In this document: positions 35,475 to 44,762 of the stretch, in pieces | Layout: each line of letters starts with the position of its first letter | How positions within the stretch are numbered: the stretch's first letter is position 1 | Virus record (IMG/VR): IMGVR_UViG_3300019458_000020 | Span: 186,814 to 250,813 of that record | Length of the DNA: 64,000 nucleotides | Strand: one strand, 5' to 3' | Notes under the pieces: model-generated | Databases searched by the model: none | The model's input: the letters and a program-made list of their open reading frames with translations, nothing else | Told to the model about the DNA's origin: nothing | Program-made: the position numbers and the translations under genes

Positions 35475-35873
35475 ATGAAAGATAAAATCTTAGAACTTCA
35501 CAATTCAGGAAAATCATATAGAGAAATAAGACAAATTTTAGGATGTTCACATTCTCTCATTTCTTACTATGTTAACCCGGATGGCAAAACAAAACAACTC
35601 CAAAGACAAAATAAAAATCGTTTTATAAAAAGAGAAAAATACAAGTTATCTATGGGAGGAAAATGTTGTAAATGTGGATATGACCGTTGTCTTGCAGCCT
35701 TGCATTTTCATCATAAAAACCCAGAAGAAAAAAAGTTTTTGTTAAGTTCTGCTATGTGGGGAGTAAATTCAATAACCGAAGAAGATATCTTAAATGAAAT
35801 TAAGAAATGTGACTTGATTTGTGCAAATTGTCACGCAGAGTATCATTATCCAAATACTCTCAAGAAATGGTAG
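35475..35873 (+). CDS. HNH homing endonuclease with N-terminal HTH
   Basis: KCCKCGY..ALHFHH..CDLICANCHAEYH; stop overlaps the tRNA-fMet 3' end. Confidence 0.85.
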   Translation: MKDKILELHNSGKSYREIRQILGCSHSLISYYVNPDGKTKQLQRQNKNRFIKREKYKLSMGGKCCKCGYDRCLAALHFHHKNPEEKKFLLSSAMWGVNSITEEDILNEIKKCDLICANCHAEYHYPNTLKKW

Positions 35874-35942
35874 CAGGGACAGGAATCGAACCTGTGACCT
35901 TCGGGTTATGAGCCAGACGAGCTGCCACTGCTCTACCCTGCA
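35868..35942 (-). tRNA. initiator-type tRNA-Met(CAU)
   Basis: 1:72 mismatch, TCTGG-CTCATAA-CCCGA, GGTTCGATTCC, ACCA. Confidence 0.9.
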
Positions 35943-36094
35943 ATCTGTTGTCGGAGCTAAAAGCTTCTACGACGAAAATCAGCAGGCGGTTTTTATTCTC
36001 GGCTTCTTAGACCGAACCGGCTTCCTATTCGGGCCGGTGGTTCATCCGCGAACCATCTTCATACTCATTATTATATCACCGATTGTTCTGTTGT

Positions 36095-36580
36095 CAACTT
36101 GAAACGGCGATGATACGTCAACATTTTTTACCGTCTCGTGACTGTGGCTTTCATCTTCTTTCAACCAAGATGCCCACCGCTCAGGTTTAAATTCAGCCTT
36201 TTTGGTCTGCTGTAGGCCGAGGGAGCGACCCTCAACAGCGGATGGATCTCTTATTTTAAGTCGAACCCACCCTCGACGAAAGTACCGTGTCACTGTTCAT
36301 GCCGTCATCGTTTCAACTGGCTACGTTAAACCACAAGCTTCGTTTCTATTGTTTCGGCTACATGGTCCGCCATCCACTCAGGCAATTCCTAATTGATCGG
36401 AGTCGATTAACCAATTTCTAATTCTATAAACCGACCAATCTGCTCAGACACGCTAACAGGTTCGTATTTTAACTTTCCCTTTTTTGATTCACCGTCATAG
36501 GTTACACACGACGTTTTTCCGGTGACTCGACCTTCCATCTTAGCTCTCAACTTCCGAATCAACATTCACCGTTAAATAAC
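36095..36580 (-). ncRNA. candidate ~480-nt large structured RNA
   Basis: Own TTGACG-16-TATAGT promoter, long-range stem TTGAAACGATGA/TCATCGCCGTTTCAA, nested hairpins, no credible ORF. Confidence 0.55.
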
Positions 36581-36610
36581 TATACGACAGAATATAAAAA
36601 CGTCAAGTCT

Positions 36611-36787
36611 TTACAGCAATCTTTTTCTCTGGTCGCCCTTACCAACAATGTTGCCATTTCTATCACGGGTTATGTTCTCTCGTTCATTGTATTTGGCAAT
36701 AATCTTGCCAGTTCTATCACGGATAATGTCTCTATCAATTTTTCCGATGATTTTTCCCTCACGATTTCTAAGATATGCATCATTCAT
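36611..36787 (-). CDS. 58-aa beta-hairpin repeat protein (below the ORF-track cutoff)
   Basis: Three RNREGKIIG / RDRTGKIIA / RDRNGNIVG repeats. Confidence 0.65.
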   Translation of the reverse strand: MNDAYLRNREGKIIGKIDRDIIRDRTGKIIAKYNERENITRDRNGNIVGKGDQRKRLL

Positions 36788-36848
36788 ATAACGAACATAT
36801 CACAAATAAAATAATTGTCAATCGCATTCTTGTTATACATATCAGATA

Positions 36849-37681
36849 TGACAAATACATTAAAGACCGAAAAGATAAGTGGAATATACAAAATTATCAA
36901 TAATATCAATGATAAATACTACGTTGGTAGTTCAAATAACATTTACAAACGATGGAAATATCACAAGCAAGATTTAAATCGAGGCAATCACAGGTCACAA
37001 TATTTGCAACGTGCGTGGAACAAATACGGTGAAGATAATTTTACTTTTGTAGTCACCGAATTAATTATATTGGATGAATTACTTTTACAAATAGAACAAG
37101 AATATCTTAATATTGCTTGTCAAGAAAAGGAAAAATGTTATAATTCATCTTTTGTTGCTGGAAAAATTGAAATGAATGAGATTACGAGAAACAAAATAAG
37201 TCAATCTCACAAAGGAAAGAAATTATCCAAGGAAACAAAAGAAAAGTTACGGCAATGTAATTTAGGAAAAAGATTATCAGAAGAAACTAAAAAGAAAATT
37301 AGTGATGCACACAAAGGAAAAGTTTTAAGTCAACCCAAAGGATGGCATCATACCGAAGAATCAAAGAAAAAAATTAGCCAGAAATTAAAAGGAAAATATG
37401 TTGGAATATTGAGTCATAAATTTGGTACTAAACATACTGAAGAATGGAAAAAACAATGGAGAGAAAGACTGAAAAATCATCATCCGAGGTTAGACAAAAC
37501 TGTATATCGATTTCAAAACGAAGTTACCAACGAAGTTTTTGACGGGTTGCAGTTTGATTTTAGAGTAAAATATAACATTCCTCCAGGAAATTTATGTCAT
37601 ATAATTCGAGGAAGGAGAAAATCTATACAAGGATGGAAATTGGTGGTCCGACCGGGATTCGAACCCGGAACAAAGCTTTAG
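36849..37681 (+). CDS. GIY-YIG homing endonuclease with NUMOD3-type repeats
   Basis: SGIYKI..YYVGSS..HRSQYLQRAWNKYG; repeated SxETKxKIS..HKGK; convergent on tRNA-Arg. Confidence 0.9.
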
Positions 37682-37715
37682 AAGAGCCCTATGATATCCA
37701 TTTCACCATCAGACC
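37641..37715 (-). tRNA. tRNA-Arg(UCU)
   Basis: GGGCT-CTTCTAA-AGCTT, GGTTCGAATCC, ACCA. Confidence 0.93.
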
Positions 37716-37716
37716 A

Positions 37717-37998
37717 TTAAATCGTAAATTGTGATTGATGAGGATGATAGGAAACTTCATGATGAACATATTCAATCAATGAGTTGTTGCTATCACGTTC
37801 AGCAAGGAAAAGCTTACCCTTATACTTGACAAGCACATGACCACCATTAACCGTAAGCTTCACAGCCGCCGCTATGGCTTCTCTTAGCTTCGTTTCCTCC
37901 ATCACATCCTGTAGTTGAAACAGGTTTCTCTGGGCTGTCGGCCCTGAGTTCTTTAGGCTGTTCTGAAACACTATCACCAATTGAGCTACTGGCGTCAT
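37717..37998 (-). CDS. hypothetical protein (start uncertain, probably near 37903)
   Basis: C-terminal half looks coding and overlaps the next ORF. Confidence 0.4.
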   Translation of the reverse strand: MTPVAQLVIVFQNSLKNSGPTAQRNLFQLQDVMEETKLREAIAAAVKLTVNGGHVLVKYKGKLFLAERDSNNSLIEYVHHEVSYHPHQSQFTI

Positions 37999-38809
37999 TT
38001 GATGGAGAAGATAACAGACTTTTTTTAGTTGTCAAGACGAATTTAGGTTCACCAATAGTAATTCTTGTAAACCTAAAGTTCTCATTATTAAGAGTATCAA
38101 TCAAATAATATTTGTCTTCATCAACAATGACAATGCCATCAAAAGATTTTAGAATATTTGTCTTGATTTTTTCGGCAAATGAGTCATAAGTAAAGTTCTC
38201 AAAATCTATGGCATCAGAAAACCATTTGTCAAACTTAAATTCGTGTGAATGCTGTTTTAATTTGACAAGAAAATTACCTAATGCTCTTAATTTAGATTCA
38301 TTTAATTCATTTGGTTTATCCATGATGCCAATTGCATTCCATTCGATTGTTAACTCATGAGAATAATAATGCGTCAATGCTCTGTCGATAATATATAAGT
38401 TTTTTCTCAGACAAGTGATTTCGTTCATCGTGGCCGCATTATTATAAAAACGTATATCCTTTTTCTGTTCTTTGAATTCATATCGTTTGTTATCTATGAT
38501 AGAATCACAGCCTGTTATTCTTTTGGCCTTTATAGATTGCGGTATAGTGAGCAAACACCAAGCTTCTCCACGTCCCATTTGATTACGTTTTATATGCTTG
38601 TGAATTAATTTCTCCAATTCAGAATGATTCTCATTGGTTTCTTTTACAAGTTCTTCTATGGAGTTAAATTGAGGGATTTCAGTTATGTTATATAACTGAA
38701 GTTCAGCAACAAGGTTGGATATTAAATCAGTACGTGAGAAACCCATCTTGGTTTCTAAACGGTCCTTGATGAAAGTATATAATTCTTCCGGCCCCATCAC
38801 TGGGGACAA
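37847..38809 (-). CDS. putative PD-(D/E)xK nuclease-like protein
   Basis: GRGEAW..CDSIIDNKRYEFK. Confidence 0.5.
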   Translation of the reverse strand: MSPVMGPEELYTFIKDRLETKMGFSRTDLISNLVAELQLYNITEIPQFNSIEELVKETNENHSELEKLIHKHIKRNQMGRGEAWCLLTIPQSIKAKRITGCDSIIDNKRYEFKEQKKDIRFYNNAATMNEITCLRKNLYIIDRALTHYYSHELTIEWNAIGIMDKPNELNESKLRALGNFLVKLKQHSHEFKFDKWFSDAIDFENFTYDSFAEKIKTNILKSFDGIVIVDEDKYYLIDTLNNENFRFTRITIGEPKFVLTTKKSLLSSPSNDASSSIGDSVSEQPKELRADSPEKPVSTTGCDGGNEAKRSHSGGCEAYG

Positions 38810-38859
38810 ATAGATTACAAAATGCTCAATCTCAATTTATTTTAACAATTTGAGCTTTC

Positions 38860-40284
38860 TTATATACTTCTGCCCATCAGGAATCTGAAAAACTTCATTC
38901 CTTCAACCATGTCACCATCATTTAAAATACTCAGGTTGGTGATTTTAGAATTAAGACGATGACAAATTTGCTCTTCACGGGTTCCAGCAGCGAAGAGAAT
39001 TCGTTGGTAACACTTTGTTAATCCACCTTGACGATGAATTCTGCCGAGAACTTGAAGTAATTGGATAGCGGAGTAATTTGGATTGATGATTGTAGCACGG
39101 GGATGTTTACCGGTTAAATCATGAAGATTAATCGATTGCCCACCAGCAGCATTGTTAGCAATGATGATTCTTTTCCTGTCTGCATTGAAATCGGCAACGT
39201 CCTGAATTCTATCATTCACACTCTGCCCACCATAAATCAATCCAATCTTATCACGAAACTTTTTCTTGGAAGACAGACGGCGATTAATCAATTCAATGGT
39301 ATTTGTGAAGTTTACAAACACGCCAACAGACTTTCCTTCATCAAACAAGTCTTCAATCATTTCCAAAATTGTAGGCACCTTGAGCAATTCAATTTCACGA
39401 CGAGCTTTGATGATTACTGCCAAGATATGTTCGGCATACTTGGCTGTTTGTTCTTGAAGTCGAGCAATCTCATTTTCCATCCAGTCATATCTGGCTTGAA
39501 TCTTATCGGCGTTATCCATAGCGTATGCCTTGACAACGATTTGATTCTCTGGAAACAACGTACCCATTCCTTCACGGGTCAAACGAGACGATATCTTTTG
39601 AGTATCAAACAGATTTGTGTGACACAACTTCATTTTGGCTTGTGCCTCTTTATCATCATTATCGAAATACTGTGCTCCCCATTTACCTACCCATTGAGCA
39701 CCGTAATCAATACAAAAGTCATTGAAATCCGAAAGCTTATGGAGATTGACAGTATAACCAAACGCCTTCATCTCAAGAGGATTTGTGGCTTGAGTGGCAG
39801 ACAACAGAAGACAACGATATCCTTGACGTTTCAAGGCAATCATCAATCCTGCATTAAGACTTGATGGACCTTTACACTTATGAGATTCATCCAAGATAAC
39901 CAAACATCCTGGCGGCAGCTTCAATTCAGCAGTAAGAAACCTTTCCACCTTGTGCGTTTTCTTTGTGGAACGTATCAACACATCGTCGGCCTTTGGCTTC
40001 TTATACTTCAAATATTTGGTATTACCACGACAAAGCTTTTCGTAATTGATGATAATGGTTGGCTTCAATCCATACAAAGCCAATGTAGCAACCCAGTCAG
40101 GCATTACCATCTTCGGGCAAATAACAACGATTGGACAATTCATTCCCCTTGCGATACAAGAGGCGACGTGAGTTTTTCCACAACCTGTTTCCGACAAGTC
40201 AGCAGCCACACCATTAAGGTAAAGGCTGTCAATGAGAGTCATTGCATGGGCCTTTTGAGGGTCAAGAAGTCCGGTAAGATTCAT
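38860..40284 (-). CDS. superfamily II (SNF2/DEAD-like) helicase
   Basis: SETGCGKT, ILDESH, SAT, QVLGRIHR. Confidence 0.92.
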   Translation of the reverse strand: MNLTGLLDPQKAHAMTLIDSLYLNGVAADLSETGCGKTHVASCIARGMNCPIVVICPKMVMPDWVATLALYGLKPTIIINYEKLCRGNTKYLKYKKPKADDVLIRSTKKTHKVERFLTAELKLPPGCLVILDESHKCKGPSSLNAGLMIALKRQGYRCLLLSATQATNPLEMKAFGYTVNLHKLSDFNDFCIDYGAQWVGKWGAQYFDNDDKEAQAKMKLCHTNLFDTQKISSRLTREGMGTLFPENQIVVKAYAMDNADKIQARYDWMENEIARLQEQTAKYAEHILAVIIKARREIELLKVPTILEMIEDLFDEGKSVGVFVNFTNTIELINRRLSSKKKFRDKIGLIYGGQSVNDRIQDVADFNADRKRIIIANNAAGGQSINLHDLTGKHPRATIINPNYSAIQLLQVLGRIHRQGGLTKCYQRILFAAGTREEQICHRLNSKITNLSILNDGDMVEGMKFFRFLMGRSI

Positions 40285-40323
40285 GTTCGGAGATTATACT
40301 ATCAATTAAGAGAATGTCAAGCG

Positions 40324-40578
40324 TTAGTCATTGAAGACCACACACTCCACGAAAACACCTTGAACCGAAGTAACATATACCCACATTTGAAGTTCATTGT
40401 CTTCATCATCCGAACGAATTTCGAGGCCTTTGCCTGGCGGAAATTGACGATTCCACGGGTCAAGAAAACCATTCGCCATCAAGTCAGAATCCTCAGCAAC
40501 GTATCGGCCAGTTGTCTCTGTAAAGGACCAGAGTTTATTCTTAATGGGATACTTCTTATTGATTTCAGTTGGTTTCAT
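40324..40578 (-). CDS. hypothetical protein
   Basis: ORF in operon. Confidence 0.65.
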   Translation of the reverse strand: MKPTEINKKYPIKNKLWSFTETTGRYVAEDSDLMANGFLDPWNRQFPPGKGLEIRSDDEDNELQMWVYVTSVQGVFVECVVFND

Positions 40579-40763
40579 TTTGAATCGGTGACTTCAACCG
40601 TTTCGATGGTTAAATCTTGAATGTCTGCCTTGTCTTTCAATTTTTTATCCAAACAATTCATATCCAACCGAACATTGTCCATGTATTCATCTAGATTCAA
40701 ATCAGAATCGGCGGACAGAATCACGTTCACCGTCAGGGTAGCATAGATTTTTCTCATAATCAA
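40575..40763 (-). CDS. hypothetical protein
   Basis: ATGA overlap; own promoter. Confidence 0.65.
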   Translation of the reverse strand: MIMRKIYATLTVNVILSADSDLNLDEYMDNVRLDMNCLDKKLKDKADIQDLTIETVEVTDSK

Positions 40764-40795
40764 AATATATCACTTATTATCCATTTGGCAAAAAG

Positions 40796-40825
40796 AAAAG
40801 GGGAGGTTTTTAGCCTCCCCTTTTT
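40796..40825. terminator. bidirectional intrinsic terminator
   Basis: aaaaggggagg-tttttag-cctcccctttt. Confidence 0.8.
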
Positions 40826-40846
40826 GCTTCCCAAGCCTGATTTCAA

Positions 40847-41278
40847 TTAGGCAGTCGCTTCAACAGCAATGCCTTCGGGAGCGGTGACGATGACAGCCGG
40901 GGCGGGTGTCGGCTCAGCGGCGATAATCTCACCAGCGGGCAACGTCACAGCGGGCCTGACGGTAGCCGGAGCCAGAACAGCGGCCTTCTTGGCCGGCTTC
41001 GTGGTACGCTTGGCCTTGACCGGAGCGTTGGTCTTCAGCATGTAACGGAACGACGGGCGACCGACTTCTTTGGTCTTCAGGTCTTCCGAAAGACGGATGA
41101 GCGTCTTGGAAGCCACACCGGCCTCAATCTTGTTGCGAACGGTCAACTCACACACGTGCGGGTTGAGACTCACGACAGCGGCGATGGTGAAGGCGCCACG
41201 GGGGAACTTGATGACTTTGGCGGGAGCGCCAGGACCACGCTTGATTTCGGACTTCGTATTACGATTCTTGTTCTTCAT
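40847..41278 (-). CDS. basic winged-helix-like protein with Ala/Pro-rich tail
   Basis: AFTIAAVV..ELTVRNKI..GRPSFRY; visibly GC-rich codon usage. Confidence 0.75.
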   Translation of the reverse strand: MKNKNRNTKSEIKRGPGAPAKVIKFPRGAFTIAAVVSLNPHVCELTVRNKIEAGVASKTLIRLSEDLKTKEVGRPSFRYMLKTNAPVKAKRTTKPAKKAAVLAPATVRPAVTLPAGEIIAAEPTPAPAVIVTAPEGIAVEATA

Positions 41279-41577
41279 ATCAGTTTTCTTTCTACTAACG
41301 TTCTTTTTTTTGTTTGTTAATTCATTGATTCAACTATTGAATCAACTTTCGATATACCATCATAATTCATTTCTATAAGAAGTCAAACAGAATTTTCAAA
41401 ATTTTCTACTTTTCTTTTCTGAAAGAATCTTTCGTACAAATAACGTTTTCGACTTGACTTTTATAAAAAGTATGTTATAGTATTCACGTTGATGAGGTCG
41501 TCCCGAGGAACGCCGGGGGCACCAAGAGTAGGGGACCAGGGGATCGTTATAAACTTTAACGTTAACCTATTTAATAC

Positions 41578-41606
41578 AAAAAATCGCCAACCTTTCGATT
41601 GGCGAT
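41578..41606. terminator. intrinsic terminator
   Basis: aaaaaatcgccaa-cctttcga-ttggcgatt. Confidence 0.7.
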
Positions 41607-41625
41607 TGGAATGACAGCCTCCGAA

Positions 41626-41988
41626 TCAATCCCACCAGATTCTATAAACAGGAATGTTTTGTCCACCGAAGTCAATCGTTCTCAAATGACATTCATTCGC
41701 TTTGAGTGTATCCTTTAGAACACACGTATCCACTGTGATTGGAGAAATAACATACACACAAACCGATCCTTCCCTTGCCAAGATAACCTTGGAACCATTC
41801 GGCAACCGATTGAGAAGTTCTGGCCGAAATGCGTTATATCTGACAACAGTTCGTTCCAAAATCTCAACAGCTACCGACACCGAACAATATTCATTGGCAC
41901 GAAAGTTAAGATTCCGTTCATGCTTAGTTCCATTACAATCGGAGTAAGCATTCCGAACATCACGAAGCAAAGTTTGATTTAATTTCAT
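41626..41988 (-). CDS. hypothetical protein
   Basis: ATG 6 nt after TAAACT. Confidence 0.75.
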   Translation of the reverse strand: MKLNQTLLRDVRNAYSDCNGTKHERNLNFRANEYCSVSVAVEILERTVVRYNAFRPELLNRLPNGSKVILAREGSVCVYVISPITVDTCVLKDTLKANECHLRTIDFGGQNIPVYRIWWD

Positions 41989-42018
41989 GGTGAGAGTTTA
42001 CTGTTTTTTATACAAATG

Positions 42019-42396
42019 TCAAGCAGGTTTCTTAAAGAAAGCTGCAGTTCGATCTTCAAACTCAGCCATTCTCTGTGCAACTTGTGTGGGAACCATTAAC
42101 TTGTTTCCCTCTTGGAAAACACCAGGAAATGAATATCCATCCATGTAATCGATGAAAGCAACTTCCGTAAATCGCTTGTTGACTTTCAGAACGATATAAT
42201 GGGCATAACCATCACAAACATTCCACTTCAGATGTTTTCCTGGCTTCAAACCCTTTCCAGCAATCTTCTGAAGGGTTTCAACCAATTGCCAAAGTTGTTC
42301 GTCGTATTCACGCCATTTACCATCGTGGAGATTGTCACGAGCAACACCAGCAAGACGATTGATTTCTGTAATTGTATCAGTAATGAGATTTTTCAT
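42019..42396 (-). CDS. hypothetical protein
   Basis: Own promoter. Confidence 0.75.
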   Translation of the reverse strand: MKNLITDTITEINRLAGVARDNLHDGKWREYDEQLWQLVETLQKIAGKGLKPGKHLKWNVCDGYAHYIVLKVNKRFTEVAFIDYMDGYSFPGVFQEGNKLMVPTQVAQRMAEFEDRTAAFFKKPA

Positions 42397-42578
42397 AGAA
42401 AGGAGTTTACTATATTAAGGGTCAATGGCAAGTCAGACTTTCCATTTTCTATAACATTTTGTGCATTCGCAACGCCCACGTAAGATTGCTCTTCCAAAGA
42501 TATTCCAATGACCACCATCACGAGAGAAATGATGTCCACGATGGAACAAAGTGCATTTGATTGTTTGCCAAATCTTTT

Positions 42579-42890
42579 TCATGCAATCGGCTTCGGGTCA
42601 CCACCAAAACAATCGTCAATCCAAGAATTGGCTTCTTCCCTCGGCGTTACTCCGTTATGGTCTGCCATCTCGTAAATGAATCCACGGTCATCCTGAGCAA
42701 AAAGATACTTTACCATATCCTTACGAGTCATCTTCTTTTTCGTAAAAATATATGTAGAGTCGTCACTTCCTTCCGTTGCTGGATTCACATAAACAAAGAT
42801 ACCAGCAGACCGAAGAATCGGTGCAATCTCTTCAATTACCGAATCGGCAGATTCTTTCCAATCAAAGTTAAGTTCAATGGGGAATTTCAT
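42579..42890 (-). CDS. hypothetical protein
   Basis: ATGA overlap. Confidence 0.7.
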   Translation of the reverse strand: MKFPIELNFDWKESADSVIEEIAPILRSAGIFVYVNPATEGSDDSTYIFTKKKMTRKDMVKYLFAQDDRGFIYEMADHNGVTPREEANSWIDDCFGGDPKPIA

Positions 42891-43279
42891 AGGTCATCAA
42901 GTGTGTGTTGTGGAGGAATCGTCACGTTATATTTTTCTTTCACGAATGACCGAACCACTTCACAATAACGTTGAACGTCTTTTTCAAGGTCCATCGTCAA
43001 GTCACTCATAAGAAACGGAATCAATTCACCACCAACATAATCGCCAGCCTCGTTTGTCAATTGAACAGGAATTGAATCTTCACATTCCCAAAATGGAGTT
43101 GCCCAAATGTAATCGAAATGGCCCTCTTTGGATTCTCCGACGGCGTTCCAACAAAGGCAACCGGTCATATCTTCCACCCAACAATGTTTGCTTTCCATGA
43201 AAGCAATTCGATGAATGAGAACATTGATGTAATCGTAAACCAAATCTTTGTAGTCAACAGCGTTTTCAGTAACGTTCAT
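42887..43279 (-). CDS. hypothetical protein
   Basis: ATG 6 nt after TAAACT. Confidence 0.75.
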   Translation of the reverse strand: MNVTENAVDYKDLVYDYINVLIHRIAFMESKHCWVEDMTGCLCWNAVGESKEGHFDYIWATPFWECEDSIPVQLTNEAGDYVGGELIPFLMSDLTMDLEKDVQRYCEVVRSFVKEKYNVTIPPQHTLDDL

Positions 43280-43328
43280 GGTGTGAGTTTACCGTTTTTT
43301 ATAAAATTGTCAAGTGAATTTTATCGTT

Positions 43329-43592
43329 TCAAGGAAACAAGTAAAGTTCAGAATCAGGCACGGAACCTGTTGGACCTACGTAGTTTCCCCAACGGTCAGG
43401 CCACTCGGATTTATTAAATTCTGCTTCATCCGTTCCAACCATTTCATCATTGACATTGTAGTAACCACCAAACCAGAAGACTCTGAGATATGGGGGATAC
43501 GATGCATCTGGTTCAACATTAACCACTACGACCAATCTTTTGTGGCCTGTTTCGTCGAACCATTCCCAAATGCCTGGCTTGTCGGGCTTCAT
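43329..43592 (-). CDS. hypothetical protein (paralog of 33791)
   Basis: KPDKPGIWEWF N-terminus. Confidence 0.65.
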   Translation of the reverse strand: MKPDKPGIWEWFDETGHKRLVVVVNVEPDASYPPYLRVFWFGGYYNVNDEMVGTDEAEFNKSEWPDRWGNYVGPTGSVPDSELYLFP

Positions 43593-43636
43593 TTGTCAAG
43601 AAAAGCGTTTATATGATTTATTTATGCGCAATGGCA

Positions 43637-43951
43637 TTACTTTATCAAACCCAAGGCCCTCTTCTCTTCAGCCGTCAACTTCTTGAGAGCTTGAGTTCGG
43701 AGTTCAGCACGTTCGTTAATCTTTCGACGTTCATCACGTTCCTTGTGTTCTTTCCACCACGGTTGAAGGCCGGAAATCTGGTCGATGTTCAAAGGAACAA
43801 TAACATTATTTTTCTCCAGAACCGTCATTACTTCACAAAGCAAATGAGTCACCAAATCCAATTCCTTTTTATATGGTTGAGTCAGTTTCTTGTTTGCAGC
43901 TTTCTTTGCAGCTGCAATTTCTTCAGGAGATTCGTAGTATTGACATGGCAT
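43637..43951 (-). CDS. hypothetical protein
   Basis: MPCQYYESP..THLLCEVM..WWKEHKERD. Confidence 0.7.
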   Translation of the reverse strand: MPCQYYESPEEIAAAKKAANKKLTQPYKKELDLVTHLLCEVMTVLEKNNVIVPLNIDQISGLQPWWKEHKERDERRKINERAELRTQALKKLTAEEKRALGLIK

Positions 43952-43988
43952 AGATTTTATTTGTTAAATCAGTTGTGTGGATTATACT

Positions 43989-44626
43989 TCAACTTTTTAT
44001 ATTTGTCAAACGAATAAGCGCTGCTTTCCTCTTATTATTCCAGCAACCCATACAAAGAATCGTAACACCGTCAGAATCAAGAAAAGACATGTTCCCGATG
44101 CAATCCCAGTTATGAATAAGAGAATTGCAAACGTCACAACTCTCAACAAGGCCGCTGCCATTTGGAGCCACCTGCATGTCTTCTTCGAGAATCTTTGCAT
44201 TGAATGCGTTCACTCCATAATATTACGAATAATATTAAGAATGTCAAACAGAATCATCCGACAAACCCTCATTTCCACTCTTTTCTTTCCGTGGTCAATC
44301 GATGCCAGAGCTTCATCCTCCGTCTCATATCTCATGGAATAGATTGTGCCTGTATTCAGATTCAAAACTCGCCATTCCTTCAGCCTGCCACAATAAACGG
44401 CTGTTTCGTATATCATTCTGTTCTTAGGCATAATTCACATTTGTTCCCGTGGAGTCAACCCAACACGTTGCCGACTGCGATGATCCACGATTTTCATACC
44501 AGAAAAACCGGCGTCAACAATTTCATTGGTCAATAATCCATGACCAACCTTGTTGTTAGCAAACCGGTTTCCACGCCAAGAGAAGTGGTTTTTGTATCTG
44601 TGAACAATGGTCTGTTTCTTATTCAT
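43989..44626 (-). CDS. three short hypothetical ORFs (43989-44213, 44210-44431, 44435-44626)
   Basis: Abutting ORFs with promoter-proximal starts. Confidence 0.55.
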
Positions 44627-44762
44627 GGCCTCAACCCTATCATTGAAATATATAAAGTCAAATAGTGCGACACTTTTTTATACTTCTTACTTGACAACAT
44701 CAAACGAAAGTGTTATCGTGTTGCACACCGAAGATCCCCAAATTCCTGAATCCTATTGGCGT

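Larger units (their letters stand above)
14431..44650. promoter_or_regulatory. many sigma70-like promoters, often with the start codon 5-7 nt after the -10 box
   Basis: e.g. TTGACA/TTGACT at 16464, 17638, 19603, 24202, 25677, 27677, 30945, 31433, 32901 (+) and upstream of 14431, 15650, 16426, 41988, 43279, 44213 (-). Confidence 0.8.

Noticed and set aside
34933-36396. ORFs 34933-35355, 35821-36102, 36042-36293 and 36202-36396
   Set aside because: They are antisense to or overlap tRNAs and GC-rich structured RNA candidates, and show no protein-like motifs.
39121-40620. Long plus-strand ORFs 39121-39864 and 39880-40620
   Set aside because: Antisense shadows of the helicase and neighbouring genes.
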